Assembly (NCBI GenBank): GCA_043819555.1
Contig: JBDREQ010000039.1
Location: 1,453 to 65,452, forward strand
Reading direction: 5' to 3'
DNA from: Candidatus Zixiibacteriota bacterium
GTDB lineage: Bacteria > Zixibacteria > MSB-5A5 > GN15 > JAAZOE01
DNA length: 64,000 bases
Part shown: positions 10,190 through 20,570 of the stretch, in pieces
How the letters are laid out: each line of letters opens with the position of its first letter
Numbering within the stretch: the stretch's first letter is position 1
Made by a program: the position numbers and the translations under genes
Notes under the pieces: generated by a model
Seen by the model: only the letters and a program-made list of their open reading frames with translations
Told to the model about the DNA's origin: nothing
The model's database searches: none

Positions 10190-10807
10190 CTATTCTTTAT
10201 TGCCTTTATCTCTAATTTCTCCGATGCGATTCATCACCATTCGAGCCAGTTTATAATATCCATCCTTGTTGTCAGGATATTCTTTTATTTTAGCTACAGT
10301 TATTGGCTGCCCAAATTCAATAGTTATTCCTTTACGGTTAAACAACGCTTCTCGTACTTTATTCGTTCGCCGGGCAAATAAAGGCAAAATCGGGACCTCA
10401 GCTTTACGCGCGATCAATCCGATTCCTGGTTTAGGGTCAAGAAATACTCGTCCGTTTCCCCGGGTACCTTCTGGAAACATAAGAACGGCGCCGCCTTTTT
10501 CAAGACTGTCGTATACTCGATTAAGTGATTTTGGATCATAGACACCACGACGCACTGGAATTGTGTTCAGGCGGGTGATAATCCATCCCAAAATTGGTAT
10601 GTCAAAGAGCTCTTTCTTGGCGAAGAAATGAATCTCTCTTTTAATCATAACTGAAACAAATGGCGGATCGAGATACGATTGATGATTGGACGCGAATATC
10701 AACGATCCCGACATGGGGATATTTTCTTCGCCAATGGCCTTCAGGCCCAAAAAACCCATTCCCAAATAGCGTACTAACGTCCAAATTGTTTTATAAAAAC
10801 ACTTCAT
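10190..10807 (-). CDS. plsC: 1-acyl-sn-glycerol-3-phosphate acyltransferase
   Basis: NHQSYLD and FPEGTR motifs; between cmk and rpsA; ATG start at 10807 preferred. Confidence 0.9.
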   Translation of the reverse strand: MKCFYKTIWTLVRYLGMGFLGLKAIGEENIPMSGSLIFASNHQSYLDPPFVSVMIKREIHFFAKKELFDIPILGWIITRLNTIPVRRGVYDPKSLNRVYDSLEKGGAVLMFPEGTRGNGRVFLDPKPGIGLIARKAEVPILPLFARRTNKVREALFNRKGITIEFGQPITVAKIKEYPDNKDGYYKLARMVMNRIGEIRDKGNKE

Positions 10808-10808
10808 A

Positions 10809-11513
10809 TCAGCCGGCGAGCTTCTTCCCCGCAATTTTAATTATTGTCTCAACCTGTTCTTCAATAGACATGCGAGTTGTATCAACAACAACCGCTTCGG
10901 TAACCTTTTTCAAGGGCGATGCCTTTCGATTCGAATCATTCTTATCGCGGGTTTTGAGTTTTTCTATCTGTTCTTCAATTGTTGTTGAATGACCGTTTTC
11001 GATTGCCTCAAGAAATCGCCGTTGCGCCCGTACCTTTATATCCGCATCAAGATATACTTTTAAATCTGCCCGTGGAAATACAACCGAAGTCGTGTCACGC
11101 CCTTCAACGACAATACTGCCATTTTTCCCCATTTTCCGCTGCATAGCTACCAGAATTTCGCGCACTTTCGGATGTATTGCTATAGCCGATGAACCTTCAG
11201 TGGCTTCAGGCGTACGGATAGCATCGGTAACATCCTCACCGTTGAGAAAAACCAACTGCCCTTTTTCGGGATGGTTCTGAAATTCGATTGAGATTTTTGC
11301 CACAATTTGCGCCAGAGCATTTTCATCATCAAATGAAACGCTATGACGCAGGGCAAATAAAGCCACCGCCCGATACATGGCACCGGTATCCAGATAAGTG
11401 AATCCCAACTGATTTGCCAACATTCTGGCAGTGGTTGATTTTCCCGAACCTGCCGGACCATCAATGGCGATGATTTTTCCTTGAAAACTCAAGAGTTTAA
11501 TTGGTATCGCCAT
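10809..11513 (-). CDS. cmk: Cytidylate kinase
   Basis: IAIDGPAGSGKST, YLDTGAMYR, VEGRD, RDKND..R..SPL. Confidence 0.96.
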   Translation of the reverse strand: MAIPIKLLSFQGKIIAIDGPAGSGKSTTARMLANQLGFTYLDTGAMYRAVALFALRHSVSFDDENALAQIVAKISIEFQNHPEKGQLVFLNGEDVTDAIRTPEATEGSSAIAIHPKVREILVAMQRKMGKNGSIVVEGRDTTSVVFPRADLKVYLDADIKVRAQRRFLEAIENGHSTTIEEQIEKLKTRDKNDSNRKASPLKKVTEAVVVDTTRMSIEEQVETIIKIAGKKLAG

Positions 11514-11952
11514 AGCAGCCCGACAACATAACAGAAATATTCAAAAAAGCAAGGGGTAAATCCGCGGGACATGTAAATTTATTTGAATATGACCAATTCA
11601 TTAATGATCACAAATGGTATGCTATTCCGTATGTAAACCTTTGATATGCGGAGGCTTTGGCGGTTATTTATCACGACAGCTTTGGCTATGCTCAATCTCA
11701 CAAACCGCCAGTAACCAGGAAAAAACGACGTTATTAAAACTTAAAAAAGTGTTACCCATGTGCCAGGTCTATTTTGTTACCCAGGTATGGGTCCGTTCAA
11801 AACGCTGTGCTTATTATTGAGAAGGGCCACGGGTCCTGCTTAAAAATTGTTTGCACATAATACTAAACAATCTATAATGAACTGGTTTTATCAGGTTTTG
11901 TGCTACAATAAACCATGAACATTTAGATTTGCTAACCAAAAGGAGAACTAAC

Positions 11953-12432
11953 ATGACAAGGAAGACAATCACTCTCAGTACTGCTTTCCTCTTGCTGATG
12001 GTTTTTTTCATCAACTCGGCAGATGCCCAAATTAGATCAACGCTTCGCAACGATTTTGGTCTCGAATTATTGGGCAAAGCGGCACTCTACAGCTTCAATT
12101 ATCAATACATGGTTACCCCGATGATTGGGCTGGAAGCTGGTCTAAGTGCTTTAGGTGGGAGTGCGACCGACGCCACAGTATTTTTTGTTCCTGTCGGAGG
12201 GAGAATATATTTGGTGCCCAAGAATGGTTCTCCATTTCTCACCGGTGGTTTAGTATACCTGAATGGAACGTCTGATGCCGGTCCATTAGACTCCGAGACT
12301 TATGGCTATGGAGGTCTTGGTTTTGAATTCCGCTCCCAAAGTGGCTTCCTTTTTCGCGGGACTGCCTATGGACTTATTGCGGGTGGAGAGTTTTTTATAT
12401 GGCCAGGGCTGAATGTTGGTTACGCTTTTTAG
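11953..12432 (+). CDS. Small outer-membrane beta-barrel protein
   Basis: SD AGGAG, signal peptide, alternating aromatic strands, C-terminal WPGLNVGYAF. Confidence 0.7.
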   Translation: MTRKTITLSTAFLLLMVFFINSADAQIRSTLRNDFGLELLGKAALYSFNYQYMVTPMIGLEAGLSALGGSATDATVFFVPVGGRIYLVPKNGSPFLTGGLVYLNGTSDAGPLDSETYGYGGLGFEFRSQSGFLFRGTAYGLIAGGEFFIWPGLNVGYAF

Positions 12433-12474
12433 GCATCATATAAAACTGCATTGAGATAAAGTATAACTGACCGG

Positions 12475-12503
12475 TGGCCCACTGCAACTTGTTGCGGTGG
12501 GTT
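12475..12503 (+). terminator. Hairpin after beta-barrel gene
   Basis: GCCCACTGCAAC-TT-GTTGCGGTGGGT stem; weak U-tract. Confidence 0.45.
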
Positions 12504-12735
12504 CCCGCTTGGAGCTTATAGCTCAACATCTTTCATTTCCATTAACACTTCCCATTCCATTCCGGCATTCCTTAAATTATACTATTTATACTATTTAAGG
12601 CAAAGACAATTCTACCGATTGATTTCAAAATGCTCGCCCAATGGACGGGATAAAGACAAATGGATACATATATTTGGATTACTGAGAGTCAAAAATCTGA
12701 TCATCTTCGCAACAGCCAAAAACATGATGAATTTA

Positions 12736-12825
12736 TGGCGGAGAGGCAGGGATTCGAACCCTGGGAACCCGCGAAGGCTCAACGGTTTTCGAGACCGCCC
12801 CGTTCAACCGCTCCGGCACCTCTCC
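12736..12825 (-). tRNA. tRNA-Ser(CGA)
   Basis: Acceptor GGAGAGG/CCTCTCC-G-CCA, anticodon arm GCGGT-CT-CGA-AA-ACCGT, long variable arm. Confidence 0.97.
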
Positions 12826-12915
12826 GTCTATTAGTAAAATCGGGCAAACGCCCGCGACGAATCCCATATTAATCAAATGCATCTCAATGGTAAAGAGAAA
12901 ACTTGGTGTTAATTT

Positions 12916-13407
12916 TCAATCGATAGCCTCTATCTTTCGACATAAATTATCGACAAAATCCTTTCTCGGCTTCAATATTTGATAACTGACAAATGTCAGT
13001 GCGACAAACAACATCATAATTTCAATCGCACCACCTAAAACATAGAGCACCAAACCATACAAGGTATGCATCGCATTCAAACTGTACACGATAACAGATA
13101 TCGTAACCATCTGCCGGTTAAAAAATTCGCTGGCATCAATAACGGACGGGCATGGCCGTGAGCTGAGACTTTTGCGAATAAAATAAGCCGCCACGAAATC
13201 GGTAATACTGATAAACAGCAAAGCGTAAAACAGGATATGAATTTGGAGGTTGGGGAAAAACGGAACGTTTGCCGCCGTTTGAAAACTCTGGTCTTTAAGA
13301 TAAGCGGCGATAAAAAATATCACAACCGGTCCGAGGACATTCATAAACAAACCCAGATAATATGATTTTATAATTGCCTTCTGTTTTTCAATTTCAGAAA
13401 TAATCAA
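12916..13407 (-). CDS. Hypothetical membrane protein (about 4 TM)
   Basis: Hydrophobic segments; 4-nt overlap with tadA. Confidence 0.65.
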   Translation of the reverse strand: MIISEIEKQKAIIKSYYLGLFMNVLGPVVIFFIAAYLKDQSFQTAANVPFFPNLQIHILFYALLFISITDFVAAYFIRKSLSSRPCPSVIDASEFFNRQMVTISVIVYSLNAMHTLYGLVLYVLGGAIEIMMLFVALTFVSYQILKPRKDFVDNLCRKIEAID

Positions 13408-13886
13408 ACGCCACCCCCTTTTTTGTTTCTGATTATCAGGAAAAACGAACGCATCATCTCGGAAATCTCATCGGCCATCACCCTGCTTTCCAATTCTATC
13501 CGATGATTGAGACGGGGATCAGTCGGAATATTAAAAATTGAACCGCAGGCGCCAAACTTGGGATCGGATGGCCCAAAGACAATTTTTTTTATTCTGGCTA
13601 GTACCGCCGCTCCGGCGCACATCGAACACGGCTCAAGAGTACTGTACATAATTGCATTTTCAAGCCGCCAGTCTCCGATGATTTCGCAGGCGGAAGTAAT
13701 CGCTAAAATCTCAGCATGCGCGGTAGGATCTTTGAGCCGCTCCGTTTGATTGTATCCTCTGCCCAAAAGCTGATTCTCAAGTATGATAACCGCCCCGACG
13801 GGGACTTCACCGATTTGATACGCTTTTTGAGCCTCCTGAATTGCCATCCGCATCCAGAAATTATTATCGAAATTTTCATCAATCAT
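13404..13886 (-). CDS. tadA: tRNA adenosine(34) deaminase
   Basis: GEVPVGAV, DPTAHAE, LEPCSMC, DPKFGA. Confidence 0.95.
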   Translation of the reverse strand: MIDENFDNNFWMRMAIQEAQKAYQIGEVPVGAVIILENQLLGRGYNQTERLKDPTAHAEILAITSACEIIGDWRLENAIMYSTLEPCSMCAGAAVLARIKKIVFGPSDPKFGACGSIFNIPTDPRLNHRIELESRVMADEISEMMRSFFLIIRNKKGGGV

Positions 13887-14006
13887 TTATGAAATTTAGT
13901 GCGGCATGCATTTTAGGGCAAGGATTAATAACAGAAAAGACAATGCCGGCATTTCGTTAAAGCTCAAAATGCCGACGTTATTTATTTTGAAACAGGTTTT
14001 AATATT

Positions 14007-14540
14007 CTATTCGCTGCCCGATACGGTAATGATTATTTTGGCGGAGTCGATCACGAATTCACCAGTCGTATGACCGGGACTAATCCCGTAATAATCAAAT
14101 TGACCTTTTTTGGCCAGCGCCTTCATCCGATCAACTCCGGTAATAATTGAAAGCGATTGCTTATATGATATCTTCGATACTCCCGGGGCTACGGTAAATT
14201 CATCAATAATTTTGGTCGCCGCCCCCGGTACAGAAGTCGGAGAAGACAATGGCCCGCTGTAATCATCGATATAGGCGTTAAAAGTAACGCTGCCGCCGGT
14301 AGTATTGGTAATAAAAAATTCAGCGCCAACGGCATCGATAAAATCAATATTGTCTTTGTGTTTCTGCCAGGTTGCATCGTCGGTGACATCTACTTGATAA
14401 AAGTAAAAGTCCTCGTGTGCGGTAAACTCAAAGGTTTCCACAACTATAAACGTTCCCGAGACAATGTCATAGCATCCGGGGGCAATGAAAAGGAAAAGGC
14501 CCAGGAGCGGCAGAAAATATTTACATAATTTCGTACGCAT
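14007..14540 (-). CDS. Hypothetical lipoprotein
   Basis: Lipobox-like IAPG-C after a hydrophobic signal. Confidence 0.65.
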   Translation of the reverse strand: MRTKLCKYFLPLLGLFLFIAPGCYDIVSGTFIVVETFEFTAHEDFYFYQVDVTDDATWQKHKDNIDFIDAVGAEFFITNTTGGSVTFNAYIDDYSGPLSSPTSVPGAATKIIDEFTVAPGVSKISYKQSLSIITGVDRMKALAKKGQFDYYGISPGHTTGEFVIDSAKIIITVSGSE

Positions 14541-14552
14541 TTTTTACTCCCC

Positions 14553-15104
14553 CTATTCGCCGGTTTTAAAGTAATAGTTTAGGCCTGCAGTGATATATAA
14601 AGCCTTTTTTGAACCATTCTCCTGCAGGGCAACATTGGCTTTTCCTCGAATATCGAGATCAAATTGGGGAGAAAACCCAAAGCCAAAACCAAGTCCGATC
14701 GACCAGCCAAGTTTACTTTCATCGAAACCGGTATCATCGTTCTTAATTGAATATATCGCGGCTCCGAGAACCCCATAAGGTTTGAAACCGATGACGCCCG
14801 GAGAATTACCAAAAGTGGCGTCAACTCCATAGGAATTAATTTTGGAACCATCAATACCCGGATTGAAACCATCAATCGGATCGGGCTCCCCCCATTTGCC
14901 AAATGTAATATTGGGTTCCGCTGTTATCAATGGCATTATTTTGATTCGAGCTTTGAGACCAAAAACCGTACCATTGCCCTGATCATCCATAACTGCGGGT
15001 AAAATCAGTCCGCCAAACCCCCCCACGCCAAATTTCGCATCCTGACCAAAACTAACAGATGCCAGAATAATCGATAGAACAACAATAGGAATCATTATTC
15101 TCAT
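14553..15104 (-). CDS. Outer-membrane beta-barrel domain protein
   Basis: Signal peptide, KPYGVLGA, GWSIGLG, C-terminal AGLNYYF; SD GAGGAGG. Confidence 0.75.
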   Translation of the reverse strand: MRIMIPIVVLSIILASVSFGQDAKFGVGGFGGLILPAVMDDQGNGTVFGLKARIKIMPLITAEPNITFGKWGEPDPIDGFNPGIDGSKINSYGVDATFGNSPGVIGFKPYGVLGAAIYSIKNDDTGFDESKLGWSIGLGFGFGFSPQFDLDIRGKANVALQENGSKKALYITAGLNYYFKTGE

Positions 15105-15342
15105 AGCGTACCTCCTCTGGGAACAAGTTAGATTTTGCCTGTAATCAATTGCTAAAGAAAATACGCCTTTTTAACCAAGATTTGCAAACCATTTTTGACT
15201 AATTATAACATTCTTCTACTGCCCTTGCCATTACGATTTGATTTATTCAGAAAATTAACAAATGCAGATTGAAACCATTTGCCATCTGGTGGGTTAATGT
15301 TATATTAGCAGCCTGAAACAAAGCCATGATAAGGATAATGTT

Positions 15343-15696
15343 ATGATGATTACAATTTGCCGGGCCAAAATACACAGGGCGACGGTAACCGACGCCAATC
15401 TGGATTATCAGGGCTCGATAACAATAGATAAAAATTTAATTGACGCCGCCGGATTATTTGTCTATGAAAAGGTGCAGGTCGTAAATATCAACAATGGCGA
15501 AAGGTTTGAGACCTATGTCATTGAGGGCAAACCTGGAAGCGGTGAGATTTGTTTGAACGGCGCCGCCGCGAGACTGGGATTACCGGGGGACAAAGTAATA
15601 ATTATATCCTATGCTCAATTACACACTGACGAAATGGCTGATTTTAGGCCAAATATCGTCAAGGTTGATGCTAACAATAAAATAGTAGAAGCATAA
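15343..15696 (+). CDS. panD: Aspartate 1-decarboxylase
   Basis: [16 protein letters not shown] (G-S autocleavage site), [15 protein letters not shown]. Confidence 0.96.
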   Translation: MMITICRAKIHRATVTDANLDYQGSITIDKNLIDAAGLFVYEKVQVVNINNGERFETYVIEGKPGSGEICLNGAAARLGLPGDKVIIISYAQLHTDEMADFRPNIVKVDANNKIVEA

Positions 15697-15704
15697 ATTA
15701 TCTT

Positions 15705-16457
15705 ATGAAAAACGCCGCCATAATATTAGCTGCCGGAAAAGGCAAACGGATGAAATCCGACTTGCCGAAAGTCCTGCACAAAATCATGGGTCGTCCAATG
15801 ATTGAGCATCTCATCGACACTCTATTATCATTGAACATTGATAAAATCGTCGTTGTCGTCGGTCATATGGCTGATTTGGTCAAGGAAGAACTTTCAGAAT
15901 ATTCTAACAAAGTGGAATTCACTTTGCAATCTGAACAGCTTGGCACTGGCCACGCCGTTTTGGTGACCGAAAAGCATTTCCGTGATTATGAGGGAAATAT
16001 ATTAGTTGTGGCCGGGGATGTTCCATTCCTATCGGCTGAAACATTGAGCAATTTAATCGCCATTCATTCTGATGAAAAGGCCGCTGCGACGGTACTTTCG
16101 TCTTCCCCGCCGGACCCTGCCGGTTATGGGCGAGTCATACGAACCAAAGGGACAAATACCGTCGAATATATAGTCGAACATAAGGACGCAAATGACGACG
16201 AATTGAAAATCAGTGAAATTAACACCGGCACATTTTGTTTCGATAGCAAATATTTATTTGAGAGTTTGAAAGAAATTAGAGCCGACAATAGCCAAAATGA
16301 ATATTACCTGACCGATATTATGGGAATTATACGGCGCAAAGGACTCAAGGCGGCCGTGTATATGACCGATGAACCGGATGAGGCGTTGGGAGTCAATTCA
16401 GAGGAGCAAATGACCGATTTGGAGAATCGCTTTGGCGAAAAGGATCGAAATTTATAA
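15705..16457 (+). CDS. GlmU-like N-acetylglucosamine-1-phosphate uridylyltransferase (N-terminal domain only)
   Basis: ILAAGKGKRMKSDLPKVLH, QLGTGHAV, GYGRV, EINTG, EYYLTD; no hexapeptide acetyltransferase domain. Confidence 0.88.
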   Translation: MKNAAIILAAGKGKRMKSDLPKVLHKIMGRPMIEHLIDTLLSLNIDKIVVVVGHMADLVKEELSEYSNKVEFTLQSEQLGTGHAVLVTEKHFRDYEGNILVVAGDVPFLSAETLSNLIAIHSDEKAAATVLSSSPPDPAGYGRVIRTKGTNTVEYIVEHKDANDDELKISEINTGTFCFDSKYLFESLKEIRADNSQNEYYLTDIMGIIRRKGLKAAVYMTDEPDEALGVNSEEQMTDLENRFGEKDRNL

Positions 16458-16573
16458 TCTATTTTTGTGCCTTTGGCGTATAACAATTAGTAACAGATAG
16501 TTAAATAGCGTTTTATATTTGTTGACAAAGTGGTTTGATACTCTTTAATTTAGATCAAAGTTTGGAGAAAGAA

Positions 16574-17050
16574 ATGAAATCCTCGTCAATCGTATTCACT
16601 GTAATTTTTTTCATAATGGGATCTATCAGTTTCGGTCAGATGGTCGAAAAGGCTGAAGTCAGGGAATTAACGGAAAAATACGATATGGGTTTGGGAAAAC
16701 AGCCTTCGTTTTCATTATTGGATCTTTCCCGTTTGAATTTTGCGCATTCTTATTCTTTAAGCTTCTTTTCCGGTGGAGGGATATCCGGATCTCAGGGATT
16801 ATATCGGGGCGCTCTTACATATCAGCTTTCCAAGCCTTTGACGCTGACTCTCGGTTTAGGAATCTTTCATGATCCCGGTTCACTCATCAGCGGCGACAGA
16901 GGATCAAACAACAGCGCTATGTTTTTGCCCTCCGGTTATTTGGATTGGAAACCCTCAGATAATTTCAGGATGTCAATAGGATTTGAAACCGTCCCGGCAT
17001 ACCGCTACGGACAAAACAATTTAGGGAGGTATAGTTTTTGGCGGCACTAA
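16574..17050 (+). CDS. Hypothetical secreted/outer-membrane protein
   Basis: SD GGAG, signal peptide, beta-strand-like pattern. Confidence 0.6.
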   Translation: MKSSSIVFTVIFFIMGSISFGQMVEKAEVRELTEKYDMGLGKQPSFSLLDLSRLNFAHSYSLSFFSGGGISGSQGLYRGALTYQLSKPLTLTLGLGIFHDPGSLISGDRGSNNSAMFLPSGYLDWKPSDNFRMSIGFETVPAYRYGQNNLGRYSFWRH

Positions 17051-17106
17051 CGCATGGAAATTTAATTAACGGGCACGTAATTTATCCTACCTCTCAATAA
17101 AACCCC

Positions 17107-17628
17107 ATGACAGAAAAAACAAAAAAATCAAAGGGCGGTTCGGCATATCGCATTAAGCGAGCCAAAAACAAAAAGCCGATTCGGTTTTTAGAATTTAGTA
17201 TCATTTTCCTTTTAATCGTCGTCGGCGCCTACGCCGCTTCTTTTATAGTGCAGGTTTCCAATGGCTATTCGAAGGAAAATCCGCCAACTGAATACTATAT
17301 TAACTTGCAGGTTCTTAATGGTTGCGGCGAAAAAGGAATTGCTAATAAATTGGCCAATAAAATTGAGGCATCGGTTAAAAAACCTCTGGCGGTGCGGATA
17401 ATCGATACAGATAATTTTTACAATTTTGGCGTCGAAAAGACATTTATAATATCCCGAAAAAGCAATCTCAATGCGGCCACTTTGCTTGCAACACAGCTAA
17501 ATATTGATCCGGAAGTAACTTATCGGGAAATTGAAGATAATTATCTTGATATCGGGGCAACTCTGATTCTCGGAAACGACTACCGGGACATTTTTGAAAT
17601 TGGTGAAAAGAATCGTGAAACCAGATAA
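17107..17628 (+). CDS. LytR C-terminal domain membrane protein
   Basis: One TM, QVLNGCGEKGIA, TLILGNDY. Confidence 0.8.
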   Translation: MTEKTKKSKGGSAYRIKRAKNKKPIRFLEFSIIFLLIVVGAYAASFIVQVSNGYSKENPPTEYYINLQVLNGCGEKGIANKLANKIEASVKKPLAVRIIDTDNFYNFGVEKTFIISRKSNLNAATLLATQLNIDPEVTYREIEDNYLDIGATLILGNDYRDIFEIGEKNRETR

Positions 17629-17658
17629 TATTTTATTTGGAGGAGTTTATTAAATCCC

Positions 17659-18000
17659 TTGACATCTCTTAATCTCGCACGGGCAGCCGGAAAACTGGCG
17701 CTATCTAAAAAGGCTTTTGATGTAAAGATATTAAAGCTTAAAAAACTGTCTTCTGTATGCGATTATTTTGTAATCTGCTCCGGGACAGTTGACGTTCATG
17801 TTAAGGCCATCGCCAACGCGGTGGAGCGCGGCCTGCGCGATAAAGGTATTCGCGCTTCGTATCGGGAAGGAACCGAAGGCGCCAATTGGATATTGCTGGA
17901 TTACTTTGATGTTTTGGTGCATGTTTTCAAAGAGGATACGCGCCAATTCTATGCGCTGGAAAAATTATGGGGCGATGCTCCGGTCGAAACATTAGAATAA
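17659..18000 (+). CDS. rsfS: Ribosome silencing factor
   Basis: DYFVICSG, WILLDYFDVLVHVF, FYALEKLWGD; TTG start with SD GGAGG. Confidence 0.95.
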   Translation: MTSLNLARAAGKLALSKKAFDVKILKLKKLSSVCDYFVICSGTVDVHVKAIANAVERGLRDKGIRASYREGTEGANWILLDYFDVLVHVFKEDTRQFYALEKLWGDAPVETLE

Positions 18001-18046
18001 TAGAACTCCCGCCCACAAAACCGAATGAAAAATCAATTATAAACGG

Positions 18047-19306
18047 ATGGTAGCAATTATGGAAATTTCTGAACTAAAAACAAAAACAATTGCCGAACTT
18101 CTAAAAATCGCCGAGGATCTGGATATTCCCGGGGTTTCCGGATTGAGGAAATCGGAATTAATTTACAAAGTCCTTGAATCCCAATCGACCCAGGACGGGA
18201 TGATTTTCGCTGAAGGCGTCCTTGAAATCCTGGATGAAGGCTATGGGTTTCTCCGTTCGTCCGATTACAATTACCAGCCGGGACCGGATGACATTTACGT
18301 CTCGCCTTCTCAAATAAAGCGCTTTGATTTGCGCACCGGTGATACTTTGTCCGGCCAGGTGCGTCCTCCGAAAGAATCCGAGAGATATTTCGCATTACTG
18401 AAAATTGAAGCCATTAACACCGAGTCGCCGGAAGTCACCAAACATAAAACTCTCTTCGACAATCTGACTCCGCTCTACCCCGAGGAGCCGTTCAATATGG
18501 AAACCAGCTCCGAAGAGCTCACAACCCGCATCATCGATTTGATGTGTCCCATCGGAAAAGGTCAGCGAGGTCTGATTACTTCTCCTCCCAAAGCTGGTAA
18601 GACAATCATTTTGCAAAAGATAGCCAATGCCATTACGACTAATCATCCCGAAGTAAAATTGATCGTCCTGCTTATCGATGAACGCCCTGAAGAAGTAACC
18701 GATATGAAGCGTTCGGTTGACGGCGAAGTAGTTTCCTCGACATTTGACGAACCGGCCGACCGCCATGTCCAGGTTGCAAATATGGTTTTGGAAAAAGCCA
18801 AGCGTTTGGTTGAACATAAGAATCATGTAGTTATCCTGCTCGATTCGATTACGCGACTGGCACGTGCTCATAATGCCGTTGTACCTCATTCAGGAAAGAT
18901 TCTCTCAGGCGGCGTCGATTCCAATGCCCTCCATAAGCCGAAACGATTCTTTGGGGCGGCCCGAAATATTGAAGAAGGCGGCTCTCTGACGATTATCGCC
19001 ACAGCTTTGATTGAAACCGGCTCGAGGATGGACGAAGTTATCTTTGAGGAATTTAAAGGTACCGGTAACATGGAGATGGTCCTCGACCGACGCATATCTG
19101 ACCGGCGCATCTTCCCCGCGATGGATATAAATCGCAGCTCGACCCGAAAAGAAGAATTATTGCAGAGTGCGGAAATTCTCAATAAAGTATGGATCCTGCG
19201 CAAATTCCTGGCGGAGATGAATCCCATCGAGGCGGTGGAATTTTTGATTGACCGCATTAAGAAATCAAAAAATAATAAAAAATTCCTTGATTCAATGAAA
19301 AACTAA
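18047..19306 (+). CDS. rho: Transcription termination factor Rho
   Basis: [46 protein letters not shown]; true start may be 18059. Confidence 0.98.
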   Translation: MVAIMEISELKTKTIAELLKIAEDLDIPGVSGLRKSELIYKVLESQSTQDGMIFAEGVLEILDEGYGFLRSSDYNYQPGPDDIYVSPSQIKRFDLRTGDTLSGQVRPPKESERYFALLKIEAINTESPEVTKHKTLFDNLTPLYPEEPFNMETSSEELTTRIIDLMCPIGKGQRGLITSPPKAGKTIILQKIANAITTNHPEVKLIVLLIDERPEEVTDMKRSVDGEVVSSTFDEPADRHVQVANMVLEKAKRLVEHKNHVVILLDSITRLARAHNAVVPHSGKILSGGVDSNALHKPKRFFGAARNIEEGGSLTIIATALIETGSRMDEVIFEEFKGTGNMEMVLDRRISDRRIFPAMDINRSSTRKEELLQSAEILNKVWILRKFLAEMNPIEAVEFLIDRIKKSKNNKKFLDSMKN

Positions 19307-19346
19307 AGAATAATCAATAATTCCGTATAAAATTGAAAATCGCTCG

Positions 19347-19370
19347 CCGGAGGTTATTAAACTTCCGGTT
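19347..19370 (+). terminator. Hairpin after rho
   Basis: CCGGAGGTT/AACTTCCGG stem. Confidence 0.5.
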
Positions 19371-19427
19371 GTGCACTAAAGGTTCTTATTAATTCACTTA
19401 ACGGCTGACTGCGGGGTAATTGAAAAG

Positions 19428-20240
19428 ATGTTAAGAAAAATAATTTTATGGTCGATCGCGATTGCTATGACAATCGTCGCCGCCCTTTATCAAAAATACA
19501 CCGGACCAACTTATCCCATTGAGGATTCAACTACTTTAAATGACACCAAAATTCATTATGTTTTAAATCGCAGTCATGGCGGCGATGATGATCAGCGGAT
19601 AGCGATTGCGGCAGCGGATACATCAATATCGGGACAGTTACTCTATAAGCGATATAACACTGAGGATGATTTTATAATTCTGAATATGACGCGTGAGGGC
19701 GATAGTATGTCCGCCTCGCTTCCCCATCAGCCTCCGGCTGGAAAACTGGAATATTATATTCACCTCGTTAGCGGTGAAAATTCTGTAAATATTCCTGATG
19801 AAAGAACTGTCGTAACCCGATTCAAAGGAGCCGTTCCGGATATTGTGTTGGCGCCTCACATTATCTTGATATTTTTGGCGATGCTTTGGTCAACCCGCAC
19901 TGGTCTGGAAGCCCTCATGCCCAATGGCAAGACTTCGAGTCTGACTATCCAGACAGTTATTTTGTTATTACTGGGCGGGATGACTCTCGGTCCAATTGTC
20001 CAGAAATTCGCCTTTGGAGAATTCTGGACCGGCGTGCCTTATGGATGGGATTTGACCGATAACAAAACTCTGGTGGCTTTTGTTGGCTGGTTGGTGGCTC
20101 TTTGGCGCCATCGTTATTCCCAATTCCCGCGCTTCTGGATTCTGGCGGCAGCGATTATATTAGTTGCGGTTTTTACCATACCGCACAGTATGATGGGCTC
20201 AGAATTGGATTATTCAACCGGTGAAGTGGAAACCGGTTAA
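19428..20240 (+). CDS. Conserved hypothetical membrane protein
   Basis: TGPTYP, LPHQPPAGKLEY, WTGVPYGWDLTDNKTL, IPHSMMGSELDY; several TMs. Confidence 0.75.
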   Translation: MLRKIILWSIAIAMTIVAALYQKYTGPTYPIEDSTTLNDTKIHYVLNRSHGGDDDQRIAIAAADTSISGQLLYKRYNTEDDFIILNMTREGDSMSASLPHQPPAGKLEYYIHLVSGENSVNIPDERTVVTRFKGAVPDIVLAPHIILIFLAMLWSTRTGLEALMPNGKTSSLTIQTVILLLLGGMTLGPIVQKFAFGEFWTGVPYGWDLTDNKTLVAFVGWLVALWRHRYSQFPRFWILAAAIILVAVFTIPHSMMGSELDYSTGEVETG

Positions 20241-20254
20241 TCACGGAAAGAAAA

Positions 20255-20560
20255 TCAGCAGCAACTCTCGTTTGCGGCGTTGGAAGAGCAATCACACGAT
20301 GGTTTGGTACCTTTTAGAATGCCGTTTAATATACCTGCCGCGCATCCAACCCCGCTCCTGACGGAAATTGCCCCGGATTGACAATTCAACGCGCAGGCTC
20401 CGCATTCCATGCATAAATCACGGTACATTAATACCGCCCGCTTGTTTTCAATTCCGAAGACCGCATGAGGACAAACGGTGACACACATTTGACATCCTTC
20501 GCATTTGGATTTATCAAACTCCAGCGTCACAACTTCGGATAAGTATTTTAAAGCCTGCAT
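20255..20560 (-). CDS. hgcB: Mercury methylation ferredoxin HgcB
   Basis: Two CxxCxxCxxxC motifs including CMECGAC, GVGCA, C-terminal CC; directly after hgcA. Confidence 0.95.
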   Translation of the reverse strand: MQALKYLSEVVTLEFDKSKCEGCQMCVTVCPHAVFGIENKRAVLMYRDLCMECGACALNCQSGAISVRSGVGCAAGILNGILKGTKPSCDCSSNAANESCC

Positions 20561-20570
20561 TTTTTAAACC

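Noticed and set aside
12619..12872. ORFs reading WRRGRDSNP / MAERQGFEPW
   Set aside because: Antisense translations of tRNA-Ser(CGA)
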